From contig JAAOMT010000213.1 in NCBI GenBank assembly GCA_016748015.1, positions 464,485-528,484 of the forward strand: a DNA stretch of 64,000 bases, read 5' to 3'. Shown here in pieces: positions 12,338 through 22,973 of the stretch. This stretch comes from Geosiphon pyriformis uo1. Its lineage: Eukaryota; Fungi; Glomeromycota. How positions within the stretch are numbered: the stretch's first letter is position 1; each line of letters begins with the position of its first letter. The translations under genes and the position numbers were made by a program. The notes below the pieces were generated by a model. It did no database searches. It was not told the DNA's origin and saw only the letters and a program-made list of their open reading frames with translations.

Positions 12338-15300
12338 GTGGCGACCACACCAGACACAACAACTCTAGAGTATTACTAATCAATTTACACCCACTGCAAG
12401 CAAAGATTCAACATTCCAGATGGAATTGAAGTTGTCAAGAAATCAGTATACCAATACATTGAAAACTGCATCAACAATTATCTTTTTGGAAATTACAATA
12501 TCTCAAAAGTTAGAAGCAACTTTTACAATAATTTAGTACACTATTCCCAGTTGGAAACTGAAGACCTTAACAGTAAAACACTTGCCACTTACTTTCAAAA
12601 ACTAAATTTTAACATTATCAAGTACTATGAAAAAACATATCTAGTGCAGTCTCAATACTCCATTGATTTTGAATCAGAAACAGAAACAAGCAACAAAGGC
12701 AAACAAAAATTGAAGCAATATTCAAAAACCACCCCAAATACCCCAATACTACCAAAAACAACTGCCAAACACTTACAAACACCTGAACAAGGAACCAGTT
12801 CAAAACTTCCACTTACTATCACATCTTTTTCAGCTTCACTTGCACAGGCACAAACACCTAATTTACCCTTAAATTGATTTGCAAGACTAGAAGATTTTAC
12901 ATCACCCAGAAGTCTCACCAGACAACAAGAACCCCTTCAAACTAGTTCTAATCTCCTTGACTTTCTAGCTGAAAATCGAAGTGAACACTCTGAGACAGCA
13001 GTGAACAAAGAAAACAACTCTGAAATATCTGAAGAAGAATCAATAGACAGTGAAAACAAAGAAGACAAAATGACAGCATACATCACAAAAATCCCTGAAT
13101 TCAATGGAGAAAACATTGAGACCAGTCCCCAAGAATGGCTTGACCAAGTTACTAAAGCTGGAAAGGCAAATGGATGAAATGCTGCCAGAATATTAAGAAC
13201 AATTCTCTACTTTCTTAAAGGAACAGCAGGTGAATGGTTTGAAAACTTAACCACCCCTTTTAATGACTAGACAGCTTTCAAAACTGCCTTCTTAAAACAA
13301 TTCACTGATAACAATACCTCAATCACTCTTTGAAATTGTTTTTGCAATATCAAACAAGAACCCTCCAAATCTGTTATGACTTATATTGGAAAATTCAACA
13401 AACTTCTCAGATGAATTCGCCAACTTGAAACTAATGATTATTATTCTGATGCTCAAATCTTGGATCAATTTATCACTGGTTTAAAAGATAAACTGATTAA
13501 AAAGGTTTGCCCACATGCCCCAGAAGATTTAAACTCTGCCATTCAGCATGCAAAAAAATATAAAATGGCCATGGAAGAAGCCAATCGTACAAAACTCATG
13601 AACTTAGTCATTGGAAAAACCAGCTCAGCAGCTGAAGAGAAAATTGACCAACTCACAAAGAAAGTTGAAAACTATTTCACCAACCAACAACAATAGCAAT
13701 CCCAAAGATATCAACCACCCTAAAGATGGAATCAAAACAGCTTCACATCACTCTCTAATAACCAGTCTCAGAGTTGCCATTACTGTGAAATTCTTGGCCA
13801 CTGGAAAAAAGATTGCAGAAAGCTACAATGAAACCAACAAAATAGGAGTAATCAACATTACCCTCCACCACAACAATTTTATTATCAACCACCACCACCA
13901 GCTTACTATCCACCAAGACCCCAATATCAAAGTAACTATTATCAGCCTGTCTCACAGCCAATTCAACAGCAATACCAACAATTACCCACACAACATTATC
14001 AAGTGCCTGCTTGAAGATTAATTCCACAAAATCAATTTACACCACAAAACCAATACCAAGTAAACAACAATAGAATCAATTCAAACAACCAATTAGTTCT
14101 CCAAAATCCAGCTCAGCCAAAACCCACCTATTATTATACTCAACCTAGCTATTTTATAATACCTGAAGAACAGGATTTTCACCAAACTGCATTCTTGGAA
14201 GGTAGAGCTGCAGCACAACAACAAAACTCTTTCTATACTCCTACCACAATCCCACCAGCCAGAATTGCTGAAAATGCCAACTTTTCAGACATATTCCCTT
14301 TTGAGTTTAAAGCAAATGAGTCACCATTCCTGTTTAGCAATGCGGCCACCAACGAACAAAAAGCAATCACTGCTATGTATACTGAAGCAGAAGTCGAAGG
14401 AAAGGCAATTCGTTTGATCCTAGACAGTGGATTTGCCGGAAGCATCATCACCTACCAGTTAATACAACAGTTAAAGAGAAATGTTGACTGACCAGCTCAA
14501 ACAGTAATTGTTACTGCCGATAGCATAAAAAAGACTCCAGTAGAAAAAATTGACAATTTTTTGTTCACTCTTGATGGAATCACCATTCCAGTCAAAGTTT
14601 TTGTAATAGATGTGCCCCAGTACCAAGCTTTTGTCAGAAATGATTGGCTTCAAAAAGCCAATACTAATCTGAATTGGAAGACACAAGAGTTAACAATCTC
14701 CTACTAAGGACAACATGCCCAGGTACCTGCCACTTGTGGTACATTCAACAAATGCTCCAAAAAAGCCCTGGCTTTTGAATTCGAACTGGAAGAAAAAAAG
14801 CCCATCATTAAAACATTTATGACACTTGGATCAACCTCCAATTGAGCTGATAAAACTAAACAACAGTACTTTTCAACAAATAATTCTCTTGAAACAAAAG
14901 AACTAGTAACAACCGAATGGAATGTTCCCTATTCAAAACCAGAACCACGAAAACAACGCCCTTATATTCCACTCAAATGTAAGGACTGCCACAAGAAACT
15001 CTCTTCAATGGGAGCCTGCATTTCACCTGAAGAAGAATATGAAAATCATACTTGTTATTACTGCAAGGCTTGCCATAGAGAATGATGGGGCCATCTAATA
15101 AAAAGAAGCGGAAAATGGGATAACACCCCTTGTTTAACTTGTGGAGATATGCTACCAGAAGAATGCAATTGAATTGATGTAGCAATGAGAGGAGGAGTCT
15201 GCAATCAGACCTGCCAATATGCTTTATCAATTGCAAAAAAAGTAAAAAGAGAAACACCTTTTAATACGGCATACAACAGTGCTCTCAACAAACTTTATTA

Positions 15301-17971
15301 CTACTTCTATAATGCTGAGATGATTTTTGACCTAGCAATGGCATAAATTAATGGAGCTACCAAAGAAAATGTCCGTCAAATGAAGGAAGCAAAATACATT
15401 GAATACACCATAGAATTAGCTGAATTTGATTATGAAGATGAAGTAGAAGTCTACCACTAAATTGCAAGTCACACTTACCCAACCCAAAAAGCTCAAATTC
15501 AACAATTAGAGCAAATGAACATTAGACTATGCAAAGAATGCATTATGTCTTGTGATGAACAGTAGTGTCCTGAATGCTATGCTCTTAGCATTCCTCTGCC
15601 CAGTAAAAACAATGAGAACAAAATTGAATTTGGAAAACCTGAAGCAACAGAAGAAATTGAAACAACACCCATCTATCTTATCAAAAACCAGCCTGCCTTA
15701 CAACTCAAATACTTCAACAACAATGAACAAGGAATAAAACCCGAAAAAGCACATGAAATTGATGCTGGATATGACCTAAGATATCCAGACAAGGATACTC
15801 TCATTCTCAAACCCAAATCTCTTACAAAAATCAACCTTAAAATTGCTCTCAAAATCCCACCAGGAGCAATGGTTCAAATTGCCTCCCGGTTCTCTCTGGC
15901 AAGCAAAAAAATCAATGTTAGAGGAGGAATAATTGATGCTGGATATACTGGTGACATAACAGTAATACTCTAAAATGAAACTGACAAGCCATTTAAAATT
16001 GAACATGCCGAGAAAATTGCCCAAGCCATTTATTTACCCTTAATCAACATTTCGGGTTTACAATTAGTCAATAAAAGAGAACTATTGAGAAAAAGTAAAA
16101 AAAGAATCCAAGGTTTTGGTTCAATTGGACAATTCACAGTTTTAGTAAACATAGCCCTCAATGAACAGAAAGAATTTCACCAGATTTTACAACTTCCACA
16201 ACCAATTACTATTTCACCCTTTGGAGAATACCCTGAAATTTACACTTGTAAAAAGCTAACAACCACACAACAAATTTTTGAGTCCAATGAACAAATCTGC
16301 TTGGAATATAATATCTCGATTCCAAACATTTATATTCCAAAAGGAACAAAGAAAATCTAAGTTACTTTTTACAATCCCAACAATTTCCCCATAGTTTTAT
16401 TAAATAACTTAGAAATTGGAGTTATTCACAGTAATATCTTTTAACAAGAATTACCCCAAACAATTCCCAATTTCTCTGAAATTATTGGACATTTACTACC
16501 AAAAATCAACCCAAACACCAGCTCTAAAAACTACCATGTTGTTATAGAAAAACTATCTCGAATCAACATAAAACAACTTAAACCACAACAACAAAACCAG
16601 CTTAAAGAGCTAATTGCAGAATTTGCCGATATCTTTGCCGAAAACAACAATAACTTAGGAAGAACTGATTTGGTTCAACACCAAATCTATACAGGAGATG
16701 CCAAACCAAGATAACAACAAGCCTACTGAGTTGCTCCAAAAAGTTACCAATTTATCTGAGAAGAAGTACAACGGATGCTTAACAATAGGCTTATTCAACC
16801 ATCAATGAGTCCATGGGCCTCGCTTGTGGTTCTAGTTAAGAAGAAAAATGGAAAGATATGATTTTGTGTTGATTATCAACAACTCAACAGCATCACCATG
16901 GGAGATGCCTACTCTCTTCCCCAAATTGATGACATGTTAGATGCCCTTGGAAAATCCAAATACTTTTCAACACTAGATCTAGAAAGCGGATACTGGCAAG
17001 TTGCCATGGATCCCAAAGATTGTCCCAAAACAGCCTTCACAACCCAAGAAGAAAACTACAAATTCAATATAATGCCTTTTGAATTATGCAATGCACCAGC
17101 AATATTTCAGAGATTAATAGATATTGTGTACAAAGGACTCCTTTGGAAGTCAGTAGTCATTTATCTTGACGATACTGATATTTATTCTTCATCATTCGAA
17201 TTACACTTAAAACACCTGCAAGAAGTATTTCAACAATTATGAAAAGCAGGACTGAAACTCAACATCGAAAAATTCTACTTTGGAAAAACAAGCTTGGCCT
17301 TTCTTGGTCACATTGTTAGTAAATATAGAATCAAACTGGACCCTGAAAAAATCAGCACTGTCAAAAACTTCAAAACTCTTCAAAATACTACAGAACTAAG
17401 AGGATTTATAGGGTTAGCCTTCTACTATCGGAAGTTTATCAAAGGATTCTCAGAAATTGCAAAACCTCTCAACCAGCTTATCACCAAAAACATCGAATAC
17501 AAATAGACTGCTGAACACCAAAATGCATTTGAAATCCTCAAAGAAAAACTAACCACAGCTCCAATTCTTGCCTACCCAGATTTCAGCAACCAATTCGCGT
17601 TAGCAACAGATGCCTCTTATACTGCCTTTGGTGCCATCCTATCACAGTTAAATGACAATAGAAATGAGCAAGTAATTGCTTATGCTAGCAAAACATTGAA
17701 GCCAGCTGAAAAGAACTACCCTGCAACAGAATTAGAAACTGCAGCAGTAATCTGGGCCTTATATCACTTCAATCTTTACCTCAGACCCAAAGAATTTGAT
17801 ATTATCACTGATAATATTGGACTCAAATGGCTTCAAAACAAAAACACTCAGCTGAATGCCAAACAAATCCGATGGACAGAATTTTAAGCCAACTACCAAT
17901 ACATTGTACATCACAAATCAGGAAAACTCCACACCAATGTTGATTGTTTTTCAAAAATGAGACAAGATTAG
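12338..17971 (+). pseudogene. gag-pol: Element A Gag-Pol: N-extension, capsid, CCHC, protease, Cys-rich module, dUTPase, RT, RNase H; one frame with nonsense mutations
   Basis: ORF fragments 12551, 13460, 14195, 16085, 16898, 17294 and 17696 share one frame; CHYCEILGHWKKDC, LILDSG, FSTLDLESGYWQ, IYLDDT, LATDAS; stop TAG at 17969-17971. Confidence 0.92.
15735..16130 (+). pseudogene. dut: dUTPase domain in Pol of A
   Basis: Trimeric dUTPase motifs DAGYDL, IASRFSL, GGIIDAGYTG, IAQAI, GFGS. Confidence 0.9.
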
Positions 17972-18017
17972 AACATAAAAACAACACCTATTTGAATTAA
18001 CAACAAAACAACAAACA

Positions 18018-19403
18018 ATGAATTCTGAAAACTACAACAATCTTAAACAATATCTGGAGACATTAACAATCCCAACAGATTGGTCCCCAGATAAAAAACA
18101 TTGGTTACAACAACAAGCCAAACAATACTTCTTATACAACAACATTATTTATTATTAAAACTTCAGAAACCAAGACAATCCGCTCAGATTAATACAAGAA
18201 CATAAAAAAAAAACCATTTTATATAACATGCACTCAGACCTTTTATCAGCACATCTAGGAAAAGACAGCACCACCCAGAGAACACTAGCATATTATTTTT
18301 GGCCTCAAATAAGAAAAGGCATTCATGAATATGTTAAGTCTTGTAATAGTTGTTAAAGAAGAGGAGGAACTCGCCCTACAGAACCTTTAAACTTAATCAA
18401 AGTTGGACAGCCATTTGACCGAGTTGGTATCGATTTAGTTGAACCACTCCCTATCACAAACCAAGAAAACCATTATATTGCAGTAGCTGTAGACTATCTC
18501 ACCAAATAGCCTGAAGCCAGAGTCATTCAATGAGCAGATGCGAAATCAGTAGCAAACTTCATCTACAAAGACATCATTTGTAGACATAAATGCCCAATAG
18601 AACTTTTATCTGATCAAGGAACACATTTCGTGAACAATTTAATCCAGGAAATTTGTGAACAATTTAATGTCAAGAGACCATTATCTTTGCCCTACCATCC
18701 ACAAACAAATAGACTTGTAGAACATTTTAACAGAACATTGTGTAAATCATTAGCCAAAGTCTCAACTGATTTTAAGCAAGAATGGGATCTCTTTATTCCA
18801 TCAGTGTTACTGGCATATAGAACACTAAAACAAGATATCACAAAACACACACCATTTGATTAAACTTATAGAAGGACAGCAATATTACCAATTAGTTTCA
18901 CTGTAGAAACATACTCAACACAACCAATCGATAAAAACAATTTCCAGGAAACACTACAACAAAAAGCCTACACTCTGCTTAGCACATTGGAAGGAAAACG
19001 ACAAATAGCAGCCACCCATATTAAACACTCTCAAGCTTAACAAAAAGAACAGCATGACGACAAATTGCCTCCAGTTACCAATGGATTTAAAATTGGAAAC
19101 AAAGTTCTCTTACACAGAACTAAAGCTGAAAAACAATGGAGTGGAAAATTTGAAAATAAATGAGATGAACCATTCTTTATCTATAAAGTCCTAAACAACA
19201 GATCATATAAGCTAAGACTTGATAACAAAATCCTAGCAAAAGTTGCACATGGAGATCGTTTGAAACACTATAATTCTAGAAACAATCCTGAACCATTAAT
19301 TCTACAAATTGGTACACATTCCCTTTTAATCAATCCTGAAGATATTCCCCGAAAATTAGAACCAATAGTTGACATTGAACAACCTCCCAACTTGAACACT
19401 TAA
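18018..19403 (+). pseudogene. int: Stand-alone integrase ORF of A (~461 codons, with stops)
   Basis: Own ATG 46 nt after the Pol stop, in another frame; HHCC region, VGIDLV, SDQGTHF, YHPQTN, GPY/F-like C-terminus; no chromodomain. Confidence 0.9.
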
Positions 19404-19525
19404 TTTGAATTTATCATTATAGTTATATCATTATAATTTAGAAACAATCTCACAAAAACAAAACAAAAATAACATAAAAACCCATACACCAAAAATAATT
19501 TTCTTTTATTTTCAAATCTCTTATA

Positions 19526-20245
19526 ATGTCTATTCCTCAAAACATTCAACAATTATCCCAAAAACTAATGTTAGCTTTAAAAACAATACTCGAATTATCT
19601 ATTACTGTTATTAGAAACCACATTAATTATACCCAAACAGAAGTAGTTACAAATTTAGCTCCAAATGCACAAAAATATCACCTGTATAAGAAGAACACAA
19701 GAAGTTATTCTGGAATTCACCTGCCAGAACTTCTAAAGCTTGCTTTAAGAGAAAACTTAATGCTCACTTCTATTAGTATTCCACCGAATGCTACTATTCA
19801 ACAAAAACTTCAACTGTGTCTTAATGAAAAAAACTATGACTATACTCCAATATATAAATATTTCTACATTGGAAAAACACTTCATGAACGAAAACAGGAG
19901 CTTATAGCAGCAAACCTCACAAAAAAAGCTATTCGGAAACAACTCCACAATAAATTCAAGACAACAGCTGGACCTACAAACAGTTATTATAAACTAAGAG
20001 CTGCTCTTAGACTTTATGACCTATTCCACACCTGTGAAAACGTCCTACAAAACCCAATTTTACAGCCTTTGAAGATTCAATACATTGGAAAGCTCACAGA
20101 ACTGAAATTTCAACAATTTTCAGACCAAATTTCTTCAATAATTTTGGATTATTATCTGAAAATTACAGACAGTACTTGGACTTTGATGGAGCTCAATCTT
20201 AAAGAGGAGGTTATGTTACCAGACAAAATTAGAGATATTGTTTAG
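19526..20245 (+). CDS. Accessory ORF3 of element A, 239 aa, unknown function (open frame)
   Basis: Uninterrupted ATG-to-stop ORF between integrase and the 3' LTR; homologous to the ORFs at 28097-28804, 53454-54089 and 60216-60567; runs through the PPT into U3. Confidence 0.8.
   Translation: MSIPQNIQQLSQKLMLALKTILELSITVIRNHINYTQTEVVTNLAPNAQKYHLYKKNTRSYSGIHLPELLKLALRENLMLTSISIPPNATIQQKLQLCLNEKNYDYTPIYKYFYIGKTLHERKQELIAANLTKKAIRKQLHNKFKTTAGPTNSYYKLRAALRLYDLFHTCENVLQNPILQPLKIQYIGKLTELKFQQFSDQISSIILDYYLKITDSTWTLMELNLKEEVMLPDKIRDIV
20201..20213 (+). promoter_or_regulatory. Polypurine tract of A
   Basis: AAAGAGGAGG-TTA immediately before the 3' LTR. Confidence 0.85.
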
Positions 20246-21197
20246 CATAAAATTACTCTTATAAATCTTATCATTAATTAGCATATATTATCACTTTAAA
20301 TTATCACTTATTACATTAACAAAATGTTCAAAATTATTATTTAATTAATAACTCAATTTGTATATAACACAAATGTAACCTAAGTGCGATGATCAATCAT
20401 GCAATACCCTGAAATATGTAACATTTAAAAGTTTGCCAAAATTTGTAAAAATTTGCCAAAATAATTGATAGTTCACTGAAATATCTAATAGTTCACAGAA
20501 ATAACTTGTAGTTTGCTGAAATGTATTTTTAGTTCAGTGAAATTGTAGAAAAAAGCAAAGTTCAAGTTCATAGAATAGTGTTATGACAAGTTGTATAAAA
20601 GAAGAGCTTCTCTTTTCAAGAAAATGTATCTTACTTCAGATTTAATAATTAGAATCATCCTTTACACACAAAAACAAAATAAATATCAAATAAATTCGAA
20701 AAGCCAAATTCTTAATTATTTCCCTTGAAATTAACCAATTTCTACTAACAGTTTGAAATTGATTAGCTACCAATTTCAGTAGACTGTTAAAGCACTTCTA
20801 GGCCTGGATCTGAAACAACTTTCATAAATTATCAGTTTTACTTTTTCTTTTACATTTCTTTTATTTTCTTTTTTTTCTTGTTATAAATTATTTGGGTAGC
20901 CTACAGACAAGAATTCCTGTAGAAGAGTTGACTTTCACAGCAAAGTAACTACACATCTTAGTGAGCTTCCAGACAAGCAATTTCTGGGAAAAAGTTGACG
21001 TTTATTACAACGTAACTATATAAAGTAACTGGCATAGAATTGGCCATTCCACTTATAAGCCCAGCAGTTCAAATTATAGGAGATAATTTGAAAATAAATT
21101 CAGTTATTGGAGGTTCAAACACTTCTCATAATCGTGAATTAACAGCATTAAAACAAACATACAAGAGCTAAGAAAAGACCAAAAATCTCCAGTAACA
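20214..21197 (+). repeat. 3' LTR of element A
   Basis: Direct repeat of 11310-12293. Confidence 0.95.
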
Positions 21198-21968
21198 GTG
21201 TATTGGAAAGTTGGTTCTAATTCAAAATTTCTGGTGGGTGATTTGGTATCAGACATTGATTGGTTGAGATCCTCCTTGGTGTGGCATCCTGATTCACATA
21301 TGGCTACAGGCTTCATAAGCAAACCATTTGCTGGCTTGCATACATATTTTATGAAGGCCTTACACTATTAACTGTCTGTTGTTGTGTGGAAGTGACTATA
21401 CTCCAGACGTTACTCTAGTATATTATGTTTGTTCTGTGGTGAAGTTGAATTTTCTGATCATGTTTTCTCTTGTGTGATTGACTTCCCTATCCACTGTCAG
21501 TTGTTGGAAACCCATGCAGTTTCCTGGGAGCTGATTTTTGGTTTTTCTTATTCTTCTTTTTGTGTGTCTCAGCTTCTGTTGTCTTGTGCTTTTAATGTCT
21601 CTGTGTTCACAGCTCTCTTTAAAGATTTTGTTTTTGACAATTGGTTCCAGGAAGTTGTGTCTATCTTTCATGATTCCAAACTCACAGGTCAGAGAATTGT
21701 GGAATTTGTGCGTGCTTTCAGTCTCAGCTTCAAGGATGGCATATAGTTGGTTTACATTAAATACCGAGTTCTCATGAAAAAAAATGGGTTGATTCCACTT
21801 GATGGTTTGATACCTGCTTCAATTTTTGGTCTGTTGTTAGGGCTGTTTGGTGGTGTTATTAGATTGCTTGGAATTGCTAATGCTTTTGGTGTTTGTTTTG
21901 GTTTCTGTAGGTTATGTTCATTTTTTTCTGGTATTGGCAATAATGTTTCAGTTCACATAGCTGTGTAA
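21198..21968 (+). pseudogene. pol: LINE ORF2, 3' part with C-terminal Zn finger
   Basis: Continues the frame left at 11309 (YWKVGS); CLFCGEVEFSDHVFSC; ends SVHIAV*. Confidence 0.85.
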
Positions 21969-22024
21969 TGGTGTTTTGATTAATCTGAGTGGCTGGTCAC
22001 ATGTAGAAAAAGCATAATTTGCAC

Positions 22025-22891
22025 TGTTACAGTTTAAGAATTTAGCAAAAGAATCATAAAAATAATATAAACTATTCAATCATAATATAGCACAGTAATA
22101 ATCTTAAAAAGGTAATGATTAACATAGTAGCAAACCCCATCTTGCAATAGTGGCAAGCACCAGTTCACAATAGCAGCCAACACCAACTGGTGATAGCAGC
22201 AAACACCAGGTTGAAATATCAAAAAGAAAGTATTACAATATGTTTTTTCGTAAAACTACAAACATGTATATATACAGTAGCTTTAATATTGAAAAAAGTC
22301 AATCAAGTAATAAAAATCATAACTTATCAAGCAATAAATCCAATTTATTCAACAAACTCCACTTTAAATCGTATTTTTAAATTAAATATCTCAAGAAACC
22401 TTTAAATCAAAAAAAAAAATGAAAAAAAATATTTAAAACTGAATTATCACAACTCCAAAGTAATAAGAAACTCACTTGTGTTAATTATTGAATAAAACTA
22501 TCATTCATCAGTTGAATTTCTTGGAAAAGTAATTCCTGATCAACATTGCTACTAATTGATAAAAGCTTTATTGTGAGAATTAAGAAAAGCACTAAAGACC
22601 ATTAACATTCCGTGTTTCTAGATTAGAGAAACACATCAGGCAATTGCAAGGATAGCCTCAGAGAAGACTCCAGACAGTGGGTAGATTTCAGTTCAGCCTC
22701 TGAGAAGGAATACATAAACACACACAACAATCAGGAATTGAAAAATAACTTACATTATGACACTAAAGAGAAAGCCTTCAGTATAACAGTGCTATTATCA
22801 CACAAATAGAATTAAAGAACTCACAAGAGACTGATTGCAATTAAAATGGGATATCGACAATTAAATATAACAAGAAAACCATCCCATAACA
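22025..22891 (+). repeat. 5' LTR of element B
   Basis: TGTTA...TAACA; repeat of 38805-39678; tagtagcaaacacc-type repeats at ~22125-22215. Confidence 0.93.
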
Positions 22892-22973
22892 TTTGGTGAA
22901 CCCTACGAAAAAAAAAAATCAAAAAGAAAATAATAATTAGCAATAATTCATTGCTAAAAAGGAAGAGACAAAA

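Larger units (their letters stand above)
11310..21197 (+). mobile_element. LTR retrotransposon A (Ty3/Gypsy-type, dUTPase-bearing, split integrase, ORF3), complete
   Basis: Two 984-bp LTRs, PBS, PPT and gag-PR-dUT-RT-RH / IN / ORF3; 4-bp TSD GCAT/GTGT, whose removal restores the LINE frame. Confidence 0.95.

Noticed and set aside
12338-17971. Alternative genetic code or programmed readthrough to explain in-frame stops
   Set aside because: The stops fall at different positions in sister copies and map to CGA, CAA, CAG or TGG codons, so they are mutational decay.
19526-20245. ORF3 as an envelope gene
   Set aside because: No signal peptide, fusion peptide or transmembrane anchor, and too short.
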